A stretch of 64,000 nt of DNA, from contig CAWCBP010000001.1 in NCBI GenBank assembly GCA_963793865.1, positions 463,457-527,456 of the forward strand. The letters are read 5' to 3'. Origin of the DNA: an uncultured delta proteobacterium. Its GTDB lineage: Bacteria > Desulfobacterota > WTBG01. The notes below the pieces were generated by a model. The model saw only the letters and a program-made list of their open reading frames with translations, was not told the DNA's origin and searched no databases. Positions 40,451 through 50,330 of the stretch are shown here, one piece after another. A program made the translations under genes and the position numbers. The first letter of the stretch is position 1, and every line of letters begins with the position of its first letter.

Positions 40451-41548
40451 TTAATTGGCGGAGCGGATGCCGCCCAGTTCGTCGATGCCCAGCTGCTCGC
40501 GCATGAGGTCGAACTCGCTCTGCCGCAGGGTGGAGCTGAGCGCCTCGTCAAGATTGATCATCTTGTTGGCAAGCAGCGCCAGCAGGGACTGCTCAAGCGA
40601 CTGCATGCCGTAGTGGACCACCGATTTTTCAATCTGCTCCAGTATTTCCTTGTACTGGTTGTGGGCGATCATTTTTTTTATGGCGGCGGTGGCGATGAGT
40701 ATCTCCACCGCGGGGATTCTTCCCGCCGCGTCCACCCGGTTAATCAGCCTCTGGGAGATGGCGCCGATGAGCACGCTGGCCAGCTGAAGCTTGACCTGGT
40801 TTTGCTGATCGTTGGGGAATATGTCGATGATGCGGGAAACCGCCTCATAGGTGTTGTTGGCGTGCATGGTGCTGAAGATGAGATGCCCGGTTTCCGCGGC
40901 ATTCATGGCGATGGAGGTGGTTTCAATGTCCCGCATCTCCCCGATGAGGATGACATCGGGGTCCTGCCTGAGCGCGTCCTTGAGGGCGTGGGCAAAGCTC
41001 GGGGTGTCGATTCCCACTTCCCGCTGGCTGATGATGGAGTTCTCGTTTTTAAAGAGGTACTCGATGGGATCTTCGATGGTGACGATGTGCAGGCTGTTGG
41101 TTTGATTGATAAGCTGGACCATGGCGGCCAGGGTTGATGATTTTCCGCAGCCGGTCGGCCCGGTGACGATCACCAGCCCCTGGGGCTTGGTGCAGAAGTT
41201 TTTTATTACCTGGGGAAGATTGAGGGACTCGATGGTCGGGATATCAAAGGGTATATTCCTGAAGACCAGCGAGGTGGTGCCGCGCTGGCGGAAGATGTTC
41301 ACCCTGAACCTGCCCACGCCCGGAACGGAATACGCCGTGTCGATGGAAAATTTTTGCTGAAATTTCTTTTTCAGGTTGTCATTCAAAATGGTTTCCGCCA
41401 TGGCATCAATTTCTTCGCTGGACAACGGGGAATGGTCGCCCCGGCAGAGGTTGCCGTCGATGCGCATGATGGGAGGCAGCATGGAACGGATGTGCAGGTC
41501 CGATGCGTTTTTTTGCTTTATCTCGGTCAGAAGCGTGGTTAAGAGCAT
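40451..41548 (-). CDS. pilT: Type IV pilus twitching-motility ATPase PilT
   Basis: N-terminal ASDLHI, Walker A GPTGCGKSST, Asp/His boxes and GEMRD. The start at 41548 gives the typical length of about 365 aa. Confidence 0.85.
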   Translation of the reverse strand: MLLTTLLTEIKQKNASDLHIRSMLPPIMRIDGNLCRGDHSPLSSEEIDAMAETILNDNLKKKFQQKFSIDTAYSVPGVGRFRVNIFRQRGTTSLVFRNIPFDIPTIESLNLPQVIKNFCTKPQGLVIVTGPTGCGKSSTLAAMVQLINQTNSLHIVTIEDPIEYLFKNENSIISQREVGIDTPSFAHALKDALRQDPDVILIGEMRDIETTSIAMNAAETGHLIFSTMHANNTYEAVSRIIDIFPNDQQNQVKLQLASVLIGAISQRLINRVDAAGRIPAVEILIATAAIKKMIAHNQYKEILEQIEKSVVHYGMQSLEQSLLALLANKMINLDEALSSTLRQSEFDLMREQLGIDELGGIRSAN

Positions 41549-41719
41549 AGGCAGTTTCTTACAGATGGTCTGTGCAAATGGCCTCTTGTATGGTTCGCGG
41601 CCGGACGCCGGTACACTTTCATGGGCCGGTTCCGGCATGCATGCTACCTAATTGTATCGGAGACTCCATAAATAACTTTAGCAAAACCGGCTGTTTTAAT
41701 ACGAAAATAAGGTCTGCGT

Positions 41720-41749
41720 TGTAGGGGCGACCGGCCGGTCGCCCCTACA
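41720..41749. repeat. Perfect 30-nt palindrome TGTAGGGGCGACCGGCCGGTCGCCCCTACA (REP-like); a second, truncated copy lies at 46439-46464
   Basis: An exact 15+15 palindrome. It recurs with a 24/24 core identity 4.7 kb away in another intergenic region. Confidence 0.7.
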
Positions 41750-42017
41750 TTCGAATCCCATACCGGATCCCCGCTTTCGCGGGGATGCCGGTCGGTGAAA
41801 GGGAATTCAGTCCTTCCCACACCCCCCATCCGGTTCTAATAAAGTGCACACCCCGAAAGCATTAAAGTATTAACCCCATGCTGTCGATAACAGTGAGTGC
41901 ACAATATAATACCATTTCCTGACCATGCATACGCCGCCTTACCCGGTTACTTCTTTAATCAAACGGCTGCAGTTGACGTCCTGACCTCAGGCTTTGGAAG
42001 CTTGCCAAGGGGAGCAC

Positions 42018-43520
42018 ATGAAAGGGAAGAACAAGTTTAACGATCCCAGGCTGCAATTTATTTCCAATATTTCATCCCTGGTGACCTCGGTTTTTGACCT
42101 GGACCACCTGCTGGGAATGATCATTGAATCCGCCACCGAGGTGATGAAAGCCCGGGCCAGTTCGCTGCTGCTGCTTGATAAAAAAACCGATACGCTCTAC
42201 TTCCAGGTCGCCACCGGGGAAAAGAGCGATGACGTGAAGAAATTTGAAGTCGGCCTGGGTGAAGGCATCGCGGGATACGTGGCAAAAACGGGCAAGCCGC
42301 TGCTGGTGGAGGATGTCAGCACGGATGCCCTGTGGGATAAGAAGATAAGCGAGTCCATCGGCTTTGATACCACATCCATTGCCTGCGTCCCCATGAAGAT
42401 CGGTGAGGAAGTGATCGGCGTGGTTGAAATTATTGACCGGGAGGACGGCAATCCCATCCGGCGGGAGGACATGGAAATGCTGGAGGCCTTTGCCAACCTG
42501 GCGGCGCTGGCCATCGTCAAGGCAAAGGAGTATCGCAAGGTCATTGATGAAAATGCAGGCCTCAAAAATCAGCTGGAGATGAAATACCGGATTGTGGGAG
42601 AGAGCAAGGAGATACAGAAGGTGATTACCGACGCCCTCAAGGTGGCCAATTCCAAGACCACCGTCTTGATTGAAGGGGAGAGCGGGACGGGCAAGGAGCT
42701 GCTGGCGCGCCTGATCCACCGGTCCGGGCAGCGCCGGGACCAGCCCTTCGTGATTGTCAACTGCGGCGCCCTTCCCGAAACCCTTTTGGAGGCCGAGCTC
42801 TTCGGCCATGAAAAGGGTTCCTTCACCGGCGCGCTCTACAAGAAGATCGGGCTGTTTGAGACCGCCGACGGCGGCACCATATTCCTCGACGAAATCGGCG
42901 AGATGAGCCAGACCATGCAGGTGAAGCTGCTGCGGGTCCTCCAGGAAGGCAGCTTCAACCGCATCGGCAGCTCCGTGCCCATAACCGTTGATGTCAGGGT
43001 TGTCTCCGCGACCAACAAGCAGTTAAATAAGATGACCAGGGAAGGCAAGTTCCGCGAGGACCTGTTTTACCGGCTCAACGTGATCCAGTTGAAGATTCCT
43101 CCGCTCCGGGAGCGCCGGGAGGACATTGGCGTGCTGGCGCACTACTTCCTGCGCAAGTATACCAGCGAGCGGGGCCTGCGCAAGCTGGAGTTCTCATCGG
43201 AAGCCATGAAGGCAATTTTGAGCTACGACTGGCCGGGGAATGTGCGCGAGCTTGAAAATGCCATCGAGCGGGCGGTGGTGATGGGCGACGGGGAAAAGAT
43301 CGGCGTTGCGGACCTGCCCATCGGCAAAACCGATTCAGGACTGCAGAGCGGGGTGGAGGTGGGGATGACCCTGAAAGAGGCTCAGGATATTTTCAAAAAG
43401 GAGTTTTTGACCAAGACCCTGGCCTACACCCACGGCAACCGGAAAAAGGCTGCCGATATCATGGGGATTCAGCGCACCTATCTCTCCCGGTTGATCAGTG
43501 AATTCAATTTGCGGCTGTGA
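42018..43520 (+). CDS. Sigma-54-dependent transcriptional activator with N-terminal GAF domain and C-terminal Fis-type HTH
   Basis: GESGTGKE, the GAFTGA-loop region (GSFTGA) and [13 protein letters not shown]-terminal ...[22 protein letters not shown] before the ATG at 42018. Confidence 0.9.
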   Translation: MKGKNKFNDPRLQFISNISSLVTSVFDLDHLLGMIIESATEVMKARASSLLLLDKKTDTLYFQVATGEKSDDVKKFEVGLGEGIAGYVAKTGKPLLVEDVSTDALWDKKISESIGFDTTSIACVPMKIGEEVIGVVEIIDREDGNPIRREDMEMLEAFANLAALAIVKAKEYRKVIDENAGLKNQLEMKYRIVGESKEIQKVITDALKVANSKTTVLIEGESGTGKELLARLIHRSGQRRDQPFVIVNCGALPETLLEAELFGHEKGSFTGALYKKIGLFETADGGTIFLDEIGEMSQTMQVKLLRVLQEGSFNRIGSSVPITVDVRVVSATNKQLNKMTREGKFREDLFYRLNVIQLKIPPLRERREDIGVLAHYFLRKYTSERGLRKLEFSSEAMKAILSYDWPGNVRELENAIERAVVMGDGEKIGVADLPIGKTDSGLQSGVEVGMTLKEAQDIFKKEFLTKTLAYTHGNRKKAADIMGIQRTYLSRLISEFNLRL

Positions 43521-43547
43521 CGACAGGCAGCGGCGGGCACCCGTCAA

Positions 43548-43826
43548 TCATTCGTCAATGGAAAACGCGCAGATGGATAAAGCGATGACGATCAGGGCAT
43601 TGATCGCCCCGGTGATGAAAAAAAACAATGCCGCGTAGTTGAACTGGAATGACTGGTGGACGAACTTATCATAGTTGTACACGTATCCCCAGTACATGGC
43701 AAAAAGTATGGCGGCTAACAGCCCGGCGGCATATTTTTTAAAGCCCAGGCAGGATATCATAATAATGATCAGTACCACCATCTGCCACAGCGGGATTTCG
43801 AGTACGATATCGGTAGTGAGTTCCAT
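43548..43826 (-). CDS. Small hypothetical membrane protein
   Basis: Three hydrophobic segments. No recognisable family. Confidence 0.35.
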   Translation of the reverse strand: MELTTDIVLEIPLWQMVVLIIIMISCLGFKKYAAGLLAAILFAMYWGYVYNYDKFVHQSFQFNYAALFFFITGAINALIVIALSICAFSIDE

Positions 43827-44140
43827 GACAATGCCCCTCCCTGACCTATACACAGCCTAAGCCTCAGCATGGTGCCCGCCGGCCGTGCGCAGTCTCTTTC
43901 ACCGCTTACGATCCAGACATATCCCGAACAATGATGCATAAATATATTTGCAAGCTCTGTGCCAGGCGGCACGCGGCTGCCGGAAGCATAATCCTCGTGC
44001 GCATCAATGATACGCCCCGATAGTATGGCTACCTGGTATATAAAAGTGCAATGAATGAAAAAAATGAGTATACAACCGTGAGCCGGTCCGGTGAGACGAT
44101 AAGGATTGAGTGCCCCGGGGAGAAAAGATTGGCGGGAGGT

Positions 44141-45060
44141 TTATTGCCGACTCTTGAAAAAATCAACCGTGTGCCTGAGCCCTTCGGTGAGTGGCATGGT
44201 CGGCGCCCAGCCCAGAACGGCACGGGCCTTTTGTAGGAGAGGACGCTGCGCAGCTGCTCGCCGGGCATGGCCGGTCCGTGCACCTCGGGGGTGCCGGGAG
44301 CCACTAATGATCTGATCTCATTGAAAATGGTATTGATGGATGTCTCTACGCCGGTGCCGATATTTATTTCACCGGTCACCTCATGCTGTAATGCCAGCAG
44401 ATTGGCCCGGGCAACATCACCCACGTAGACAAAATCCCTGGTCTGATTGCCGTCTCCATTAATGACCGGCTGATCGCCCTTCAGCATGCGCTGACAGAAT
44501 ATGGCCACAACCCCGGCCTCGCCGAAGGGATCCTGCCGCGGGCCATAGACATTGGCATAGCGGAGTACCGTGTAGGGAAGACGGTGGGTGGAAAAATAAA
44601 AGAAAAGGTATTTCTCCACGCTCAGCTTGGCGATGGCGTAAGGGCTGAGCGGACGGGTGGGGTGATTTTCATCCGCGGGGAAATAGTCCTGTTCCCCGTA
44701 CAGCGCCCCGCCGGTGGATGAAAAAATAATCTTTTTAACCTGATAGTCCTTACAGTGCTCAAGCAGCATGAGGGAACCTTTAATATTTATTTCCATATCG
44801 CGCAGGGGATCTTTGACTGAATCTCTCACCGAGATCTGGGCCGCGTGGTGGATCACCACTTCGGGTTTTTCTTCCCTGATGATGCCGACAAGCGCTTGGT
44901 CGAGGATGCTTACATGGTAGAAGGCGGCACGGGGATTTATATTTTCCCTCTTGCCGTTAGAAAGGTCGTCGACGATGACTACGGCATGACCGTTTTCTAT
45001 CAGCAGATCTGCAACGTGGGAGGCGATAAAGCCCGCCCCGCCGGTAATGACAATTTTCAT
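44141..45060 (-). CDS. NAD-dependent epimerase/dehydratase (UDP-glucose 4-epimerase-like), with an apparent homopolymer frameshift near 44230
   Basis: MKIVITGGAGFIASH Rossmann motif, YxxxK (YAIAK). The canonical C-terminus ...ARAVLGWAPTMPLTEGLRHTVDFF is present only after a frame switch at the run CAAAAGG. Confidence 0.8.
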
Positions 45061-45480
45061 GCTTAACTCCTTGAAGTATTGCGGGCCTGGCGACAGCACA
45101 TCCCCAAACGCCATGGTATTACATGGACTTCTTCTATCATAGATGCGGCGGGAATAAAAGCAGTTTTTATTTTAACAGCAGCCCCGTCTTGTTTTCCGTG
45201 AAAATCATTCTCATTCCCCCGCGACGAGTCTTAAGGCGATCATACACCCTGCGCCCGGCCATAAGCAGGTTAAAGTTTTCATGTTATTCTTCCGAAGAAC
45301 AGGTGCAGGTGGAGTCCTTTTGACCGGGATGCACCGGTGATGAGACGCTTCGCGGATCCTGCCCTGCGGGCAAACGAAGGGCTCCGAATGACATGCGAAG
45401 GGCATGGAAGGACAATCGCAGGAGTGGGGCACCTTTCATGTCACGCAACGCAATTAACACTATAGGTGAGGTGAGGAACA

Positions 45481-46299
45481 GTGGGTAAAAGCCATGGTGG
45501 CGTAGTTGTGAGCGCTCTGTTCATTGTACTGCTTTTTATGAATTCCGTTCACGCGCAGTCTCCCAATCCAAGTTATCCTACGCCTGAGGATGGAGCTTCG
45601 GATCAGTCCCTCTTTGCCACACTTGCGTGGTGGGAAAGTGAATCCCGGGAGCGCGTGGAGGGGATCATTCGTCAGAGCGTCTATTTTTCCCAGGATCCTG
45701 CGCAGGTTGAGGAGGAAAGCTTCAGCGCGCTCGTCTGCGACAATCTGCGTGTTCCCTACTGTGACCCGAACCGGGGAAGCGGCCAGCTCAGCCCCGACAC
45801 GACCTATTACTGGAAGGTGCGTGTGGTCGATGAATACAGCCAAAGCACGCCAGTCCACAGTGACATCTGGAGCTTTACCACCGCAACGGCCGAGCCGCCA
45901 TTTCCCTGTTTTACTTCCCTTGCGCTGCCGTTGACGGGGGCGGATATGGGTGCCTTGCGAAGGGTTCGGGACGAGGTGCTCGCCGCGACTCCTGAGGGGA
46001 GACAGTTGATCGATATTTATTATTCTCCCCATGCCGTTGAAGCGCTGGTGATCTCCTTCTTCAACCCGCGGGCGAGGGTAGCAGCGTACAGCCTGGTTAA
46101 AGAAGCACTGCCCGCAATACAGTCCCGGCTCAGGGGAGAACGGGCCGTCATCGAAAGCGGTACGCGTGCCCATGCTGATGCGATGCTGGCATTGTTTGAA
46201 CGGGAAGCCTCGCCTGAGTTTAAGAAGATCATTGCAGGCCTGCGGGAAAGTTTCATGCAGGGATCGCTGATTGAGAAATTAGGATTTTCGCAGAAGTAG
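45481..46299 (+). CDS. Secreted hypothetical protein (signal peptide, beta-sandwich-like N-terminal domain)
   Basis: GTG start with a GGTGAGGTGAGG RBS. Signal peptide VVSALFIVLLFMNSVHA. YYWKVRVVDE...SDIWSFTT resembles an FN3/PKD-like strand pattern. Confidence 0.45.
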   Translation: MGKSHGGVVVSALFIVLLFMNSVHAQSPNPSYPTPEDGASDQSLFATLAWWESESRERVEGIIRQSVYFSQDPAQVEEESFSALVCDNLRVPYCDPNRGSGQLSPDTTYYWKVRVVDEYSQSTPVHSDIWSFTTATAEPPFPCFTSLALPLTGADMGALRRVRDEVLAATPEGRQLIDIYYSPHAVEALVISFFNPRARVAAYSLVKEALPAIQSRLRGERAVIESGTRAHADAMLALFEREASPEFKKIIAGLRESFMQGSLIEKLGFSQK

Positions 46300-46438
46300 T
46301 AATTTCGGTTAGAAAATAGCTTATTGGGGGACGCGCTCACCGTAACCCCTCCCCCGGTCGGGAGCGGGCAATTGACAATTTTCATGCATGGTGGTGCCCC
46401 CCAAGGCCATGGGGGTTTACATGAAAATAAAGATTGTT

Positions 46439-46464
46439 TGTAGGGGCGACCGGCCGGTCGCCTT
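46439..46464. repeat. Second (truncated) copy of the REP-like palindrome TGTAGGGGCGACCGGCCGGTCGCC
   Basis: Identical to 41720-41743. The 3' arm is diverged (TTTAATAT). Confidence 0.65.
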
Positions 46465-47615
46465 TAATATTTGAAAAAATATTCATGTCCCTGCGTGAGC
46501 ATCTCAGCCCCTTGCCGGGTCAATTCCCGTAAGGCCTTCATCATGTCCTCCCGGTCCGGGGGACATCCGCCGACCCGGGGTTCAGTCTCCGCGCTGTTTG
46601 ACGCGCACTCTCCGATGGTGATCATCGCTCCGCCTGCGGTGACCGGGGTTGTACCCAGCGCAACGGTAAGGGGATGTTTGAACACCCGGTTTTCCTGAGC
46701 CAGCTGGCGGAGGGCTGAAAACAGGGGAATGATGCATCCGCTGCAGGCTGTATCCTCCCCCCGGATTGTAAGATCGGGGAATGTCTTCCCGAGCCACTCT
46801 GAGGGAAGCTCATAATGCATCTTCAGTCCCTTGATATCATCCCCTCTGATATCGATCTCCGCAAGACGCATCTCTCCCAATCCCGCGTGGAATGCCAGCC
46901 GGACCGTTTTTATCTCCCCGGGGCTTAAACCCATGAGCGCGGTGCTGACGCTGTCCGCGGCCACGATATCTCTTCCTGCCAGGACAAAGGATGCCTTCTG
47001 CCCGGGCTGGGTGGTAAAGTCCACCACGTTCATGAACGGCCTGATGATGGTGTTGAGGGCGACGACCGCGCCGTCGAGGCCAACGCGATGAAACAGCGGC
47101 TTGTCCTCCCGCTTCACAAATCCTTTGAGGTTCTTCATGGCGATGGATACGGTGGTCAGGTAGTGCGTTTTTGGGACGGGAAGGTTAATGATCCGGTCAT
47201 GCAGGAAGGCATGCTCTGAAATTTTGAATTCGGCAGGCAGGTCGGGGGAAGCGTCCTTGAAGGTACGGTAGGGGTGTTCATCAAAAAGCACCCAGGAGGC
47301 GCTGCTGCGTTCGCAGACCTCCGAGATGCCTGTTGTGGTAAAGCATTCCCTGAGCGCATGGTCAGCGGTAAAGTAGCTTGGCCCTTCTCCCACCGTTACC
47401 GCACGCGCCCCCCGCCGATGGCAGCAGTGTATCACCGCCTCTACCAGGAGAGGGCTGGTAGTCTGCCCGGTGGTGTAGGCAAGGGGCTCAAACAGGTTGG
47501 GCTTGAGCAGAATTGACTCACCGCTCAGGCTGTCAGGAAGGCCTGCACGACTCAGCAGCAGCTCCACGGCGGCAGACAGGGACTGATTTATTTTTTCTAT
47601 GCAGACAAGGGACAT
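46464..47615 (-). CDS. DUF362 domain-containing protein
   Basis: ILLKPNLFEP...GQTTSPLLVEAV... matches the DUF362 N-terminal pattern. About 380 aa. Confidence 0.5.
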   Translation of the reverse strand: MSLVCIEKINQSLSAAVELLLSRAGLPDSLSGESILLKPNLFEPLAYTTGQTTSPLLVEAVIHCCHRRGARAVTVGEGPSYFTADHALRECFTTTGISEVCERSSASWVLFDEHPYRTFKDASPDLPAEFKISEHAFLHDRIINLPVPKTHYLTTVSIAMKNLKGFVKREDKPLFHRVGLDGAVVALNTIIRPFMNVVDFTTQPGQKASFVLAGRDIVAADSVSTALMGLSPGEIKTVRLAFHAGLGEMRLAEIDIRGDDIKGLKMHYELPSEWLGKTFPDLTIRGEDTACSGCIIPLFSALRQLAQENRVFKHPLTVALGTTPVTAGGAMITIGECASNSAETEPRVGGCPPDREDMMKALRELTRQGAEMLTQGHEYFFKY

Positions 47616-47773
47616 GCTGGTTGGACCGCCGGCGTTGGGCGTGCGCATCCGCGCGCGGGCTGTTTTTTATTGACAATTGCAAGGCGATATAATAATAAAA
47701 AATTATTGGCGCAATGTAAACAATTAAACAAAGCACCCGTAGCGTGCTCCTGAGCGTAAGGAGCGTTTTATTT

Positions 47774-48646
47774 ATGAAAGCATCTTCTTGTGCCCTTCTC
47801 TTGTGCTTAAGCGCTGCCCTCTGCGGAAGGGCGATGCCCCTGCATGCCGGGCAGAAGCCGCAGCAAAAGATAGCCATTCTTCCCCTGACCACCGGCGGGC
47901 AGGAGAATATAGGTTATATTGCCGAAGGCCTGAGGGACATGATAGCCTCGCGTGTCGCTTCCGGCTCCGGCCTGGCGGTTATTGAGCAGGCCGCGGTACA
48001 AGCAAAATATGCCGGTGCCGGCCGGGAAACCCCGTCGCTGGAAAAGGTGCGGGGGGTGGGAAAGTCGCTCGGGGCTGATTACGTGCTTTTCGGCAGCGCA
48101 GCGACGATGGGGAACGACCTGATCATCGCTGTCAACATGCTTGCCGTCTCGGGTACGGGGCCCCCCGTGCCGGTATTTTCGCAAACCCTGGGGCAGGACG
48201 AGGTGATACCCCGTCTGCAGCTCATCGCCCAGGAGGTGAGGGATGCGGCGGCTGACGGTCTGATGGACCGGGAAGAAGACAGCCCCCCGCTGTCGCCCGC
48301 GGAAGAGCCGAAGGTGTCAGAGGGGGAGGGGAAGGCAGGCCCTGCGCCAGAGTCGGCGGCAGGCCCCGAACCCCCGATGGAAAGCTCCGATGCGGTCAAA
48401 CCTGATGAACCGGGGGAAGCAGCCGCCGGCAGTGACCATGAGGGGGAGGCCGGGCAGGAAGCGGGCAGCGGCGAAGCTGTTGGTGAGAAGGGAGAACGGG
48501 AGGGAAGAATAAGGGACCTTCTGTTTAAGAAGAAGGGCGACATTAAAGCCCCCCCTGAAAACCCGGCTTATGATAAGTCAGTTGATGATCTTCAGGACGC
48601 CGCCGAACCGCAACCGAAGACGAATGAACCGTCTGCCGGGGATTGA
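47774..48646 (+). CDS. Secreted protein with an acidic Pro/Glu/Gly/Ala-rich low-complexity C-terminal tail
   Basis: AAGGAG RBS and signal peptide MKASSCALLLCLSAALCGRA. A structured N-terminal domain (KIAILPLTTGG...YVLFGS) is followed by about 120 aa of low complexity. Confidence 0.5.
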   Translation: MKASSCALLLCLSAALCGRAMPLHAGQKPQQKIAILPLTTGGQENIGYIAEGLRDMIASRVASGSGLAVIEQAAVQAKYAGAGRETPSLEKVRGVGKSLGADYVLFGSAATMGNDLIIAVNMLAVSGTGPPVPVFSQTLGQDEVIPRLQLIAQEVRDAAADGLMDREEDSPPLSPAEEPKVSEGEGKAGPAPESAAGPEPPMESSDAVKPDEPGEAAAGSDHEGEAGQEAGSGEAVGEKGEREGRIRDLLFKKKGDIKAPPENPAYDKSVDDLQDAAEPQPKTNEPSAGD

Positions 48647-48700
48647 GCACGTCTGCGGGAGCGGAGAGGCGTGAGGTATCATGGCAATTCGTTGAAATAC

Positions 48701-48777
48701 GGCGGTGTAGCTCAGGTGGTTAGAGCATGCGGCTCATATCCGCAGTGTCCGGGGTTCAAGTCCCTGCACCGCCACCA
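48701..48777 (+). tRNA. tRNA-Met (anticodon CAT); could alternatively be tRNA-Ile2 (lysidine-modified CAT)
   Basis: Cloverleaf with 7-bp acceptor stem GGCGGTG/CACCGCC, D-arm TAGCTCAGGTGGTTAGAGC, anticodon loop CTCATAT, T-arm GGGGTTCAAGTCCCT and 3' CCA. 77 nt. Confidence 0.85.
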
Positions 48778-48902
48778 CTTTTTTCTGCTGAGCCACATGA
48801 GGGTAGGGGGGGCTGTTTTGCTTATGCGAAACGGCCTTTTTCGTCTCACCCGGGTGCGTGATCCGCGGCGGTATGCAGCTGCAGCAAAAAAGTGAAAAAA
48901 GC

Positions 48903-48933
48903 TTGACAGCCGCGGAACAAAAATATTATAGAT
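48903..48933 (+). promoter_or_regulatory. Sigma-70-like promoter (TTGACA, 17-nt spacer, TTATAG/TATTAT) upstream of the redox gene cluster
   Basis: Perfect -35 hexamer at 48903-48908 and an AT-rich -10. About 100 nt upstream of the first ferredoxin gene. Confidence 0.4.
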
Positions 48934-49033
48934 ACCATCTTAGTTTTTTTTTGCGCCCGGGAGCGGGCGCATAACCGGATTGCAGTGCCGAAACCTGATG
49001 AAAAGCAGGCACGGCGCTTAAAGGAGACACAGG

Positions 49034-49204
49034 GTGATTCGCATTGACAGGGAAAAGTGTGTTGGGTGCGGCGGGTGCGTGGATCTCTGCCCCCGGACGG
49101 CCATCTGTTTTGTCAAGGACCGCGCATTCGTGGATGTGCAGCTCTGCCTGGAGTGCCGGACATGCGTGAAAGTCTGCCCGGTGAAGGCGCCGTCAGAGGT
49201 GTAG
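49034..49204 (+). CDS. Small 2x[4Fe-4S] ferredoxin (56 aa)
   Basis: GTG start with an AAGGAG RBS. CVGCGGCVDLCP and CLECRTCVKVCP motifs. Too short to be in the ORF track. Confidence 0.65.
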   Translation: MIRIDREKCVGCGGCVDLCPRTAICFVKDRAFVDVQLCLECRTCVKVCPVKAPSEV

Positions 49205-49271
49205 GTTTGCGGTCACGGCGATTATGAACATGGTTCATGGTTAGTGCAGGTAAACTTTTTGCAAAGGAGAT

Positions 49272-49559
49272 GTGATTTTGGAATCGACTGCGGGATTTCA
49301 GAAAAAGATGATCAGCTGCTCGTTGCTTGATCAGGGCCGGGGCATGCCATTTCGGCCGGGAGACGCGCGGGAGTGGACGCCGGAGTGGGACAAGGACAAG
49401 TGCATCCGCTGCGGGCTCTGTTTTGTGTACTGTCCCGACGGCGCGGTGTTCCGCAATCAGGAGGGTTATTTTGAAGCTGATACCGACAAGTGCAAGGGCT
49501 GCGGCATATGCCACCGGGAATGCTGGTTCGGGGCCATCAGCATGTTCAAGGAGGAATGA
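49272..49559 (+). CDS. 2-oxoacid:ferredoxin oxidoreductase delta-subunit-like ferredoxin (PorD-like)
   Basis: N-terminal extension followed by CIRCGLCFVYCPDGAV and CKGCGICHRECWFGAI. About 95 aa. Confidence 0.6.
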   Translation: MILESTAGFQKKMISCSLLDQGRGMPFRPGDAREWTPEWDKDKCIRCGLCFVYCPDGAVFRNQEGYFEADTDKCKGCGICHRECWFGAISMFKEE

Positions 49560-49561
49560 CA

Positions 49562-50287
49562 ATGGATAAGTACAGTCTCTATGTTTCTAATTTCCTGCCT
49601 TGCAAGGAATACTTCAGCCCTGAGCTGAACCAGGCATGCCCGGGCTGCGGGCTGGCGCTGGCCATCCGCCAGACATACAAGGCCCTGGGCATGAGCATTG
49701 AAAAGGGGGCCTGGGCGTCAGCAGAGCATGGAAAGGCCGGCGCTGCCGGTTCCGGGCTCTTTGGAACGGGCGCAACCGATGTCACCTTTTTGACCATTCC
49801 CAAGGCCCGGGGGAAGCTGGTGATCTGCTGCGATAACGAAGCGGGCGGATCTCTCGCCGACCTGCTTGAGAAACCCATGCCCCAGCTCGCCGCGTCACAG
49901 GGTTTCAGCTATGTGGCCACGGCCTGTCCCAGCTATCCCTTTGACCTGTACGACAAGATGAAGCGGGCCTTCAAAAGCACTGCCGACGCCTATGTGCACG
50001 TGCTCTGTCCCTGCCCGCCGGGCTGGAAGTTTGACGCGGATTTCACGGTGAAACTGGGGCGGCTGGCGGTGGAAAGCCGGGCATTCCCCCTGTATGAAGC
50101 GGGCGCGGGCGCGTACGGCCTCACGGTGAAGACGGGGAAGCCCAGGCCGCTTGCCGACTATCTCAAGGCGCAGGGGCGGTTTGAAAAGCTGAGCGAGGGG
50201 GAAATGGCCGAGGCGCAGGCATCGGTTGACCGTGCGTATAAACATCTGGAAGGCATGATACAGCAGTATCTCGACGCGGTTGCGTAA
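49562..50287 (+). CDS. 2-oxoacid:ferredoxin oxidoreductase beta-subunit-like (TPP-binding, PorB-like), divergent
   Basis: N-terminal ACPGCG and C-terminal LCPCPPGWK....RLAVESRAFPLYE match PorB. The canonical GDG TPP motif is degenerate (GTGATD...DNEAGGS). No alpha or gamma subunit nearby. Confidence 0.5.
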   Translation: MDKYSLYVSNFLPCKEYFSPELNQACPGCGLALAIRQTYKALGMSIEKGAWASAEHGKAGAAGSGLFGTGATDVTFLTIPKARGKLVICCDNEAGGSLADLLEKPMPQLAASQGFSYVATACPSYPFDLYDKMKRAFKSTADAYVHVLCPCPPGWKFDADFTVKLGRLAVESRAFPLYEAGAGAYGLTVKTGKPRPLADYLKAQGRFEKLSEGEMAEAQASVDRAYKHLEGMIQQYLDAVA

Positions 50288-50330
50288 GATGAGTGTCCCG
50301 GCTTCGGGATATCGTTGAAAGGAGCAGGTA

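Noticed and set aside
41745-41760. TTCGAATCC motif resembling a tRNA T-loop next to the 30-nt palindrome
   Set aside because: The flanking bases cannot form a T-stem, and there is no acceptor or anticodon arm, so it is not a tRNA.
44029-44140. 3' extension of the epimerase ORF as given in the ORF track (...SPGHSILIVSPDRLTVVYSFFSFIALLYTR)
   Set aside because: It is produced by read-through after a homopolymer frameshift. The genuine C-terminus (...GWAPTMPLTEGLRHTVDFFKSRQ) lies in another frame and ends at 44141.
48944-48970. T9 tract followed by the GC hairpin GCGCCCGGGAGCGGGCGC, considered as a terminator
   Set aside because: The T-run precedes the stem on the + strand and an A-run follows it on the - strand. 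Neither orientation gives a canonical hairpin-then-U-tract terminator.
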